NCBI GenBank assembly: GCA_963849325.1
Contig: CAWKHF010000007.1
Span: 631,108 to 695,107 of the forward strand
Direction of reading: 5' to 3'
Length of the DNA stretch: 64,000 nucleotides
Source: an uncultured Planctomycetota bacterium
GTDB lineage: Bacteria; Planctomycetota; Planctomycetia; Gemmatales; Gemmataceae
A program made the translations under genes and the position numbers. This document shows positions 20,124 to 29,300 of this stretch, one piece after another (position 1 is the stretch's first letter; every line of letters begins with the position of its first letter). The notes beneath the pieces are model-generated. The model did no database searches, was not told where the DNA came from, and saw only the letters and a program-made list of their open reading frames with translations.

Positions 20124-21330
20124 CACGCTCGACCCTCGCATCGTGGGCCAGCGAATCACCGAGGCCCGCAAAGCGCGTGGCAAGACGCAGGAGGAGGTCG
20201 CCGACTTCTTGGGGTGCAGCCGCCCCACGTACATCGCCATCGAGAAGGGAGACCGCCTCGCCAAGTCGGAGGAGATCATCAAGCTCGCCTCCTTTTTGGG
20301 CCGCAAGGTCCACGAACTCGTGCGCCCGACCGAGCCGGTCGTGGACCTCCAGCCGCACCTGCGCGCCGCCGTCGAGAAGATGAAGGGGGTGGACGAGGCG
20401 GCGCTCAACCTCGCCATCGACGAGCTTCAGCGGCTCGCCGAAGACTACCGAGACTTGGAGAAGTTGATGAACGCGCCGCTGCGCTCCAACTATCCCCCGG
20501 AGATCACGTTGACGCCCCGGATCGACGCGGCGGAACTGGCCGAGGGCGTGGCCCAGCAGGAACGGCAGCGGCTCGGGCTGGGCGACCAGCCGGTGATCTA
20601 CCTGCGTAACACGCTGGAGTGGGATGTCGGCCTGCGGATCTTCTACTGGGATCTGCCCTCGCCCATCGCCGGGATGTACGCCTACACGGCAGACCTCGGG
20701 GGTTGCATCCTCGTCAATCGCAAGCACCCACCCGAGCGGCGGCGCGTCACTATGCTGCACGAGTACGGCCACCTGATCGTGGACCGCTACAAGCCGGGCA
20801 TCGACTACCTGACGATGACCGGACGCAAGCCCGCCAATGAGCGCTTCGCCGAATCGTTCGCGCTGAGTTTCCTGATGCCGACGAGTTCGGTGCGGCAGCG
20901 GTTTCACGACATCGTGACTACGACCGGCAACTTCCGGGTGGCCGACCTGCGCCGCCTGAGCCACTTCTACTACGTCTCGATGGAGGCGATGGCCCTGCGG
21001 CTGGAGCAGTTGGGCCTCATCCAGAAGGGAAGCTCCCAGTTCTTAAAGGAGTCGAAGTTCTCGCCCCGCGAGGCGGCGGAACTGCTGGATTTGCAGCCCC
21101 AGCCGGTGAACGACTTCCCGTTCCCCGACCGCTACAAGTACCTCGCCGTCGCCGCCTACGAGCGCGGCGAGATCGGCGACAGCGACCTCGCCCACTACCT
21201 GCGCTGCGACATCGTGACGGCCCGCGAGATTGCGGCGGCGACCCTGAGCAGCCGGGAGGTCGAGCCCACGGGTGAGGCGAGTACGTGGAAGCTCGACTTC
21301 GCCAAGTCCCTGCTGAGTGAGGCGCAATGA
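20110..21330 (+). CDS. XRE-family HTH fused to ImmA/IrrE (DUF955) Zn metallopeptidase
   Basis: ARKARGKTQEEVADFLGCSRPTYIAIEKG HTH; RRRVTMLHEYGH (HExxH); ERFAESFALSFLMP; VSMEAMALRLEQLG. Confidence 0.93.
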   Translation: MPQPDTLDPRIVGQRITEARKARGKTQEEVADFLGCSRPTYIAIEKGDRLAKSEEIIKLASFLGRKVHELVRPTEPVVDLQPHLRAAVEKMKGVDEAALNLAIDELQRLAEDYRDLEKLMNAPLRSNYPPEITLTPRIDAAELAEGVAQQERQRLGLGDQPVIYLRNTLEWDVGLRIFYWDLPSPIAGMYAYTADLGGCILVNRKHPPERRRVTMLHEYGHLIVDRYKPGIDYLTMTGRKPANERFAESFALSFLMPTSSVRQRFHDIVTTTGNFRVADLRRLSHFYYVSMEAMALRLEQLGLIQKGSSQFLKESKFSPREAAELLDLQPQPVNDFPFPDRYKYLAVAAYERGEIGDSDLAHYLRCDIVTAREIAAATLSSREVEPTGEASTWKLDFAKSLLSEAQ

Positions 21331-21899
21331 CCGGACAAGGACTCGTCCTGCCTCCCGCCGCCATCGACGCCTGCTGCCTGTTCGACCTATTGGCATCGGG
21401 GAATGTGGAAGCGATCCTCCGCGCCAGCGGCTTTTCGTGGCAACTGCCTTCTGCCGTGCGGGGCGAGGTCCAGTACGTTCGCCAGCACGACCCCGCGCAA
21501 CCGGGGAAGATTGTGAAGGTTCCCGCCGACCTGTCGGCGCTCATCGGTTCGGGGCTGCTCACGGCCTGCGACCCGCAGGACCAGCAGGAGTTGGACCGCT
21601 TCACTCACTACGCCACGCTGTTTCGCTCGGATAGCGAGTCGATGTGTCTGGCCCTTGCCGAACGGCGGAGATGGGTGGTCGCAACGGATGATCGGAAAGC
21701 GATTCGGGTCGCCCAGCAGGCGGGTTTGACGGTGGTGTCCTGCCCCGAACTGGTCAAGGCATGGGCGGCTGCGGCTGGCCCCGATCAAACTACGCTCGTC
21801 AAAGTGTTGCAAGACATTCAAGTGCTTGCCCAGTTCAAACCAAACCCCGTCATGCCTGAGCATGGATGGTGGGTCGCTCAACTTGCCTCCAGTCCTTGA
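21327..21899 (+). CDS. PIN-domain protein (putative RNase toxin)
   Basis: IDACCLFD, V-x-x-E, DSESMCLALA, VATDDRKA acidic PIN motifs; ATGA overlap with the upstream gene. Confidence 0.85.
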   Translation: MTGQGLVLPPAAIDACCLFDLLASGNVEAILRASGFSWQLPSAVRGEVQYVRQHDPAQPGKIVKVPADLSALIGSGLLTACDPQDQQELDRFTHYATLFRSDSESMCLALAERRRWVVATDDRKAIRVAQQAGLTVVSCPELVKAWAAAAGPDQTTLVKVLQDIQVLAQFKPNPVMPEHGWWVAQLASSP

Positions 21900-21960
21900 C
21901 CGGATTCGGCTCTTCCCATCATTCTTCTCGCCAGATCGCACTTCCTTCGTAACTGAGAAC

Positions 21961-22042
21961 TGGAGTTCCCCACGAAAAGTGAGCGCGGGGTTAAGGGTTA
22001 CGCGGCTTGTTCATACTCGACCGGGGACAGGTAGCCCAAGGC
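21961..22042 (-). mobile_element. IS3-family right-end remnant
   Basis: Minus strand encodes ALGYLSPVEYEQAA*, followed by a terminal repeat ending ...ggggaactcCA. Confidence 0.75.
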
Positions 22043-22120
22043 CGGGTAGTGTCCTAGGATTGCGTTGATCCGTCCCAGCCCGGTGCCGGGACGATCAACG
22101 CAATCCTAGGACACTACCCG
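22043..22120. mobile_element. MITE-like near-perfect hairpin P3
   Basis: cgggtagtgtcctaggattgcgttgatc(c)gtccc / gggacgatcaacgcaatcctaggacactacccg: 33-bp stem with one bulge. Confidence 0.85.
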
Positions 22121-22140
22121 TCGCTCCGAAGGTGCATCTC

Positions 22141-23352
22141 ATGAACTCACGCTCTCGTACTCGGTGGCCCTTGCTGTTGACGGGCGTCGTCGTGGGCTTG
22201 CTTGGTTCCTGCTGGTCGGTTGCACCTCGATCAACCGGCGATGCGGGAACTCCCTCGGCTCCGCATCGTACCCGTATCTATGACCCCGATCCCCAACACC
22301 TGTGGAACCGCTTGTACGAGGCATCCCGAGCCCTGATCAAGGGCGCGGAAACGAGTGATCCGTGGGAGCTCGACCCGTTCCTTTGGAGGTCGGACGCCTA
22401 TGTGTTTACCGGGGAGGCGCAGAAAACAGCTCTTGAGGTGCTCGACGACTTCATTGCCAAGGACGGCCACACCCTGGTCAACGATCCGCTCAAGCGAGCG
22501 CTTCTCCAGCGTGATCTCTGGATGCTTTTTGACTCCCTGGAGCCGCCGCGATGGGGGGCCGCCAGGAAGAATCCCCAGACGGAACTCGCCAAGCGCGTGG
22601 CCCGGATTATTCCACGGCTTAGCCTGACAACCGAAGAGATCAAGAGGCTGCCCAATAACTATGCCGAAGCCGTTGCCGCCAAGGAGGCCTGGTTCCTGCC
22701 GAGCGGCCTCTGGGAGCCCAAAGGCCCCTGGGTATTACTCGGCGACGAGTCGCATTTACCGCTGGCCTTGAATCACGTTCATTTTTTTGGCGGTCGCTCC
22801 ACCTTCTTCGTGTTCCTGCGGATGCCGGGCGGGCGCGAGAAGACCGAGCAGTTGCTCGACAATCTGCGAAAACGAGGCCCGGACGCCACGCCACTCTCTG
22901 CGGAAACCCAGGTAGTGCTAGTGCGGCAGATGCAACTGATCAATGATCAGGGCAAGCCCGTGACGACAAGTGTAACCGAAAGCCTGCAAATGCGCGGCCA
23001 AGGGGTTTTTGAACTGAAGTTGAGTCGCCGGGCGTTCCTGGAAGGAAAGCCGAGTCTCAAGGTCGTAGGTGAGGATGACCGCGAACGCGACTACCTTCTG
23101 TTTATGGGCCACAACGCTGGCGATGGGCCGAGCAAGGTTCTGAATTCTTGCTTCCATTGTCACCAGCGGAGAGGCATCAATTCGGTGCTCAGTTATGGGC
23201 GATTCAAACCGCTTCCGCTGACCCCCACGGTGTCGCCCGCGTTGATCGCAACCAAACGGGAGGACGAGGAAATGGGGAGCAGAGTCTGGAAGGGGAATCG
23301 TTACGAATGGGGATTGCTGCGAGGGTTGATACATAGAGATATTGATAAATGA
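22141..23352 (+). CDS. Hypothetical exported (lipo)protein with a single CxxCH heme motif
   Basis: Signal peptide with lipobox-like LGSC; CFHCH near the C-terminus. Confidence 0.7.
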   Translation: MNSRSRTRWPLLLTGVVVGLLGSCWSVAPRSTGDAGTPSAPHRTRIYDPDPQHLWNRLYEASRALIKGAETSDPWELDPFLWRSDAYVFTGEAQKTALEVLDDFIAKDGHTLVNDPLKRALLQRDLWMLFDSLEPPRWGAARKNPQTELAKRVARIIPRLSLTTEEIKRLPNNYAEAVAAKEAWFLPSGLWEPKGPWVLLGDESHLPLALNHVHFFGGRSTFFVFLRMPGGREKTEQLLDNLRKRGPDATPLSAETQVVLVRQMQLINDQGKPVTTSVTESLQMRGQGVFELKLSRRAFLEGKPSLKVVGEDDRERDYLLFMGHNAGDGPSKVLNSCFHCHQRRGINSVLSYGRFKPLPLTPTVSPALIATKREDEEMGSRVWKGNRYEWGLLRGLIHRDIDK

Positions 23353-23384
23353 TGAGCGATATTCCCGAGGCACCCGTTCCGTTG

Positions 23385-23563
23385 GTTGGTAGGAGTTGGG
23401 GTGCGGGAAGGTCAGCGCGATGAGCGACCAGCGCCTCATACAAGGAGTCCAGTACCGGCCGACCTTGCAACCTCCGCGTCCGCACCACCGTCAGCAGCCG
23501 CTCCACGAACCGGCAGCCCGACTCGCTCTGGCTACCGAACGACTTCTTCCGCCACAGCACCGC
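23385..23563 (-). mobile_element. IS66-family transposase C-terminal remnant
   Basis: AVLWRKKSFGSQSESGCRFVERLLTVV...LQGRPVLD...HRADLPAPQLLP. Confidence 0.8.
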
Positions 23564-23596
23564 TAGGAAAACGAGGTGATGGGCACGAGAACCTTC

Positions 23597-23687
23597 AGAG
23601 GCTCTAACAAAATGTGGCAACACGTTTTCAACGTGTTGGATTGTACGGCACGTTACAAACGTGCCGCCACATTCTGTTAGCGCCTCT
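23597..23687. mobile_element. MITE-like element P1, complete copy enclosing a REP doublet
   Basis: Terminal repeats agaggctctaacaaaa / ttctgttagcgcctct around the hairpins aacacgttttcaacgtgtt and ggcacgttacaaacgtgcc. Confidence 0.85.
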
Positions 23688-23836
23688 CAAGGAGTTGTTC
23701 ACGGGAATGTCGAATTGCAGTGTCTTGACTCCGAGAGCAGTGCCCAGGCGGCTCTTTCCGCGCAGAGCGGAATCCCCGCACGAACCACCAACAATCAGTA
23801 CATTGAAATTTGTTTTCCATCTGTGTTCATCTGTGG

Positions 23837-26371
23837 TTAATTGGTTATGCCTGCAGCGACGAGGGACGCCACCCGGCCGCGGAGACGATTGATCTGTCCC
23901 TTGCCGTCGGGATGGACCCGGTTGCTCAGGAAGATCACCGCCGTCTGGCTGCTCGGATCGATCCAGATGGAAGTGCCGGTGAAGCCGGTGTGGCCGAAGC
24001 TGTCGGCGGAGAAACCGTCGCCACGGTTGGAGGAGAAGCGCGTCCGCACGTCCCAGCCGAGGGCGCGGAGACCGCCGGGGACCGGCCGAGGTGTGGTCAT
24101 CAGGCGAACCGTGGCGGGACGGAGGATGCGCTGGCCGGCGTAGCTGCCCTGGTTGAGGATCATCTGGGCGAAGACGGCCAGGTCGTCGGCCGTGGAGAAC
24201 AATCCGGCGTGGCCGGCCACGCCGCCGAGGAGGTAGGCCCGTGGGTCGTGGACCTCGCCGCGCATCCAGCGACCGTCGCGCTTCTCCGTGGGCGCGGCCC
24301 GTTCGGCCAGTGCTTTTTCCGGGCGAAACGTCGTCTCGCGCATCCCCAGCGGCTCGAAGACGTGCTTGCGGGCGAAGACGTCAAGCGACTCGCCGCTGAT
24401 GCGCTCCACCAGTTCGCCCAGCAGGATAAAGTTGACATCCGAATAGAGGAACTTGACCCCCGGCTCGGTGAGAGGCTGAAGTCGGCACATGCGCTCCAGC
24501 GCTTTCTTTCGTCCGTCCTTGTAATCGCCGACCGGATTGTCCGCGATCAGTCCGCTGGTGTGGAGCAGAAGCTGTTCGACCGTGATTCTCTCCTTGCCGC
24601 CCTGGCCGAAATCCTCCAGGTGCCGCGCGACGCGATCCGACAGACGGAATTTCCCCTGTTCGACCAGGACCATGATGGAAGTGGCGGTGGCGATGGGTTT
24701 GGTCAAGGACGCCAGGTCGAAGACGGTATCAACCGTCATGCGAACCTCGGCGGGCTGCTTGCTCCTCAGCCCGTAGGCCTTGCGGAAGACGATTTTCCCC
24801 TGGTGGACCACGAGGACGACGGCACCGGGAAGGCGGCCCTGCTCGATGGCCTCTGCTACGACGCCATCGATTTGCTGGAGCTTCGCCGCGTCTTGCAGAC
24901 CAGACAAGGAGACACCAACTCCGGTTCTCTTCTCCTTGTCTCCTTGTCTCCTTGTCTCCTTGTCTGGTTTGCTGGGGAGGGCGCGGCCGACTTTCCCGGC
25001 CAGCTCGCGCACCTTGGCGACGAGGAGGTCTTGCACCTTGGCGTCGAACAGGCCGATGCCGCCCGTGTACAGGCCCCGCGTCTCGTAGCCGCCTTCACGC
25101 AGAACACGGGCCGATGGCAGGTAGCCGAACACGTCGTTGCAGTACGCGGCCAGCCAGAGCTGGTTCGGACCCAGCGCCTTCTCCAGCAGTCCGACGTAAT
25201 CGACCACCACCTCGCCGGACAGGGCAACCAGCGTCAAATCCTCATCGAACTGCCACACGGCGACGGGGCAGTTGTAGTGCGTCGGCAGCTTGTCGCCGCG
25301 GTCGAGGACGGCCAGCATTCGCTTGGCAATCCACGCCTGCATACCCCCTTTGCCCGCCGCTTGTTTCCGCAATTCCTCGCGGGAGGGCGGTGCTTGCAGC
25401 GGTAGAGCGGCCTGATCGAAGGCGAGCCGCAGCGGCCCTCGGACGGGACGCAACTTGCTCTCCAACACCCGGCAAACTTCTTTGCCCAGGGTGGCGCCAT
25501 GCTCGCGGGCCAACTCCATCGTGCCGCGCGGATAGGGGTTGGCATCACCGGCGCAGCCGATCAGGAACATCGCCTGCACCGAGGGATGTTTGTCCTCGAT
25601 GTAAGCCTGGGCGAAGCCGGCGTAATCGCCGCACAGCTCATAATGCTGGCCCGTCAAGGTGGTGCCGTGGACCGCCGCGCCGAAGAGCACGGCGCGGAGC
25701 TTGCCCTCCGGCGTGTCGATGCGGAGCACGGGCGCACTGCGGTCGGCATGGCCGCGCGGATTGACGCCGAGAATGACGCCCTTGGGCGTGAACTCGCGCC
25801 GGTTCATCACGAAGGGAACGACACCGACGCCCCGCGACAGCCGGGCCGGTTCCAGATGGGCCATTGCTCGCTGCACCAGTTCGACGATCTTGTCCTGCAA
25901 TTGGCGCGTGTATTCCACGTTCCGTTGCAGTTCCGCGGGGGTCAGCCCGTCGCCGTCCGCGCCGTTGAGGGTCAACATCGGCCCCGTGTGCGTGTGCGAC
26001 GAGTTGAGCAGGATTTGCTCGCGCTTCAGGCCGGCTTTTTCGCGCAGGCGCCGGCAAATCGGCTCGGCGACGGCGGCGGGGAAGCCGACCAGGTCGCTGG
26101 TCACAAGCACGGCCCGATGTCCCTCCCGATCTTCGAGGACCAGCGCCTTGGCGTAGAGATCGGCTTCCACCTTGGTAAACGGCTTGTTGCGCGAGGCGTA
26201 GCCGGCGAGGAACACCGGACGCTCCGGCGTGATCTTCACGCGGGCCAGTCCGACTTTCCACTCCGGCTCGGCGGCAGCGCTCCGGGGAGCGATCGCCAGG
26301 ACCGCGACCACGGCGACGCAGCTCATCCACCGAACCGCGTTTCCGGCAAACCGAATAGCCATGACCATCAC
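23837..26371 (-). CDS. Secreted fusion of a neutral/alkaline ceramidase-like domain and a beta-lactamase-family serine hydrolase
   Basis: LAGYASR, SHTHTGP, GCAGDANP, GGYE; then FDLASLTK (SxxK), YSD, HTGFTG. Confidence 0.88.
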   Translation of the reverse strand: MMVMAIRFAGNAVRWMSCVAVVAVLAIAPRSAAAEPEWKVGLARVKITPERPVFLAGYASRNKPFTKVEADLYAKALVLEDREGHRAVLVTSDLVGFPAAVAEPICRRLREKAGLKREQILLNSSHTHTGPMLTLNGADGDGLTPAELQRNVEYTRQLQDKIVELVQRAMAHLEPARLSRGVGVVPFVMNRREFTPKGVILGVNPRGHADRSAPVLRIDTPEGKLRAVLFGAAVHGTTLTGQHYELCGDYAGFAQAYIEDKHPSVQAMFLIGCAGDANPYPRGTMELAREHGATLGKEVCRVLESKLRPVRGPLRLAFDQAALPLQAPPSREELRKQAAGKGGMQAWIAKRMLAVLDRGDKLPTHYNCPVAVWQFDEDLTLVALSGEVVVDYVGLLEKALGPNQLWLAAYCNDVFGYLPSARVLREGGYETRGLYTGGIGLFDAKVQDLLVAKVRELAGKVGRALPSKPDKETRRQGDKEKRTGVGVSLSGLQDAAKLQQIDGVVAEAIEQGRLPGAVVLVVHQGKIVFRKAYGLRSKQPAEVRMTVDTVFDLASLTKPIATATSIMVLVEQGKFRLSDRVARHLEDFGQGGKERITVEQLLLHTSGLIADNPVGDYKDGRKKALERMCRLQPLTEPGVKFLYSDVNFILLGELVERISGESLDVFARKHVFEPLGMRETTFRPEKALAERAAPTEKRDGRWMRGEVHDPRAYLLGGVAGHAGLFSTADDLAVFAQMILNQGSYAGQRILRPATVRLMTTPRPVPGGLRALGWDVRTRFSSNRGDGFSADSFGHTGFTGTSIWIDPSSQTAVIFLSNRVHPDGKGQINRLRGRVASLVAAGITN
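24901..24966. repeat. Octamer (CCTTGTCT)n inverted-repeat element forming the in-frame interdomain linker
   Basis: cagacaaggagaca ... four tandem tccttgtc units; encodes PDKETRRQGDKEKRTGVGVSLS. Confidence 0.8.
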
Positions 26372-26387
26372 CTTTCGTCAAATCGAC

Positions 26388-29300
26388 TCATTCTTTCGGT
26401 AGGGGTAGCAATTGGATCGATTTCAGGTCGATCAAGGGGGTGAAGATGCGTTTCGCCGAGCGGAAGGTCAAGCGCTGCCGGCCGGCCGGCAGGACGATCT
26501 CGCCGACCTTCGCCTGCCGATAATTGTCCCAACTGCCGGTCGAGTCCACCTTGCCCGTCATCTGGTTCAGCCCGGCTTGCAGCAGGAACATCTTGCCGGC
26601 CGAACTTTCGTCGCAGGCCCAGTCCAACCACACCGCGTACTTGCCCGCTCGCGTCACTTCCACCGACCAGACGGCATGATCGTCCTGGCTACTCCAATAG
26701 CCGAGGTTGCCGTATTTCTTCTCCCGTATCAGCGTGCTGCCGTAGATCTCGCCGTTGGCGGCCGACAACAACAGCGAGCCATCCCCAGCCGGCCGCACCA
26801 GTTCCGGCCTGTTCCCCTCGAACGTCTTCCTCCGCGGCTGTGGTCCCACCGTGCCGACGTGGGCGATCACGTCGGCGAGATCCTGGGGCTTCAGTTCTTT
26901 CTCCAACCCTTCGGGCATGGCCGATTTCCCGGTGCTGCTCAGTTCTTCGAGGTCGCCGCGGAGGATGACGTTTGCCTTGCCGTCCGCTCCGACCAGCGTG
27001 ATACTGTTGCCGGTCTCGCTGACGAGGACGCCCGAGAAGACGCGACCGCCCTTGGTCGTCGCGGTGTAGCCGACGTAACGATCCTCGACGGCCCGGTTGG
27101 GATCGAGGATGGCGAGGAGCAGTGCTTGCGACGACTTGTCTCCCAGCGAGGCCAGGTCCGGCCCGACGGCGTTACCGACGCCACCGAGTTGGTGACAGGT
27201 GGCGCAATGCTTGCCGAACAACTCGGTGCCGCGCCGGGCATCGCCTTTCAGGGCGAGCACGGACTGATTCGCCTCGATGACCTTCTGTCGATCAGGGTTG
27301 ACGGCGTCGGCGAATAGCTCGGCCGCACGGCGTCGGACGTCGGCTGAGCGGTGCGTCAACAGACGCTGCCGTCGCACGGCGTTGATCTCGGCGGGCGTGA
27401 TTTGCTTGTTCTCCAGCGCCGCCAGGACCGCCTTCAACCACTCCGCGCGGGCGAAGAGAACGTCGAGCACCTGATTGCGCTGCGCCGGCGCGTACCCCTT
27501 CCAGCCGCGCAGAAGCAACGTCGGCACTTGCCCCGCTCGCAGTCGGCCAAGGGCGGCGATGGCGGCGGTTTGCAGGCCGCCCGGCGTCTGCGGCGACAGG
27601 AGATCGGCCAGGACGCCCCGGTCTTTTTCCTGACCATCCAGGCCCCGGCCGAGGAGTCGGATCGCCAGGAGTTTATCGGACTCGGCCGACCGGCTATCGG
27701 CCAGGACGGCACGAGCGGCATCGAACAGGCCCGCCAATTGTTTCAGGGCCGCACGGACTTCCTCATCCCCTTCCTCGCGCAGCCGAGCCAACGGCGTGTT
27801 TCGCTCGTCGAGAGCGTCGAGCAAGCCGGCCAGGGCGGCGAACTGCCAGGAGGCGTATCGCCCTTTCTCCGCCGTACTCACGGCGGTTAGCAGCGTGACC
27901 ATCGCTCGCTTATCGCCCACGGCGTTCGCCATGCGGAGAAGGGACTCGACCAGCGCCGCCGGAGGAGGCGTCTTCGCGCTGCCCTTGAGGACCGCCAGCA
28001 ACACGCGGTCGAGGTTCTGGCGATGTACCGAACTCATCACCGCCGCCGTCAGGAATCGATCGCCGGCATTCTCCAGCGCGAGTCGGCCCAGGACATCGCC
28101 GGCCCGCGCGTCCGCCCATTCGCCGAGTGTGTAGGCGAGCTGCATGCGGACCTGCGGATCGGCGTCGGAAACGAGCTTCACCAACTCGGCGCCCAACTCG
28201 GGCGACTTCGCCAGCTGCCGTTCGCACAGCCGGATCGCATGGCGGCGGACGCCGGGGTGCGGGTCGGCCAGCGCCCGGCGCAGCAGGACTGGCGTGAGAG
28301 CGTTCAGCCCGTCGAGGGTGCAGAGCGCGTGTAGCCGGCCGAGCGGCCGCTGACAATTCACCGTCAGTCTCTCCAGCGGCGCGACGGCGGCGCTATCCTT
28401 GCGTCCAAGCAGCATTTGCTGGGCCGTGTCGCGCTGCCAGCCGTTGGGACTGTCCAGGGCGGCGACCAGTCCCGCCGTGTCGAGACGGTCGAGGCGGGGG
28501 ATCGGTCGCGGCGGATGGCCGACCGGGTAGACGCGATAAATGCGTCCCTTGTCCTGACCGGCCCGCAGATCGAGCCGCTTCTGCCAGTCCAGCGGAATCC
28601 ATTCGGGATGCTCGATCACGGCCCGGTACATGTCGGCCACCCACAGGGCGCCGTCCGGCCCGGTTTGAATCGACGTGGGACGGAACCAGTTATCGCTGGA
28701 AGCCAGAAATTCGGACTGCTGCTCGTCCGGGCGCGGCGGCTGCTGAAGGTGATGCCGTGCGGCGTCAGGACTTCGCGGTGAATCAGGTTGTGGACGGGTT
28801 CGCTGACGAACGTGCTGCCGGCGAAGGCCGGGCCGAACAGCTCGTCGCGGTAGACGATGGCGCTGCACGCCGACGTGAAGTGGTTGGCCGCGCCGGGATC
28901 GTTGAAGCGTGGCAGAGTGCGGCTGATGGGAAACACGGCCGCGGCGCCCGGCGTAACGGAGACCGGAACGCGCGGATCGGGAGCGGCGAGATGAGGATTG
29001 CGACGGACATAGGGATCGGCCAGGACGAAATGCCACATCGGGTTACTGTTGTTGCAGCCGAACCAGTTGCCCCAGTCATCGCGGCTGCGGCCGTACTGCG
29101 TCTGACCGGACTGGGCGTCCAGGCCGCCGTCATCGGGACGAATGCGCAGGTCGCGGCCGCGCGTGTCGATGGCGACGCCGGTCTGGAGCGACTTGATCTT
29201 GCCGCCGCTGTCGCCGTTGGCGCAGTAGATCCAGTTGTCCAGGCCCCACACCAGGCCGTTGACGCGATGCTGCGGATTGCCTTGCCGAAAGCCGGTGTAG

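Noticed and set aside
23597-23687. Integron attC site (TAAC...GTTAG)
   Set aside because: The ends deviate from RYYYAAC/GTTRRRY, pairing extends beyond the cores like IS terminal repeats, the partner copy breaks before the G/TT crossover point, and there is no intI.
23768-23790. attR duplicate of the tmRNA 3' end (aatccccgcacgaaccacca)
   Set aside because: Only about 8-9 nt match, which is too weak to call. The right island boundary remains undefined.
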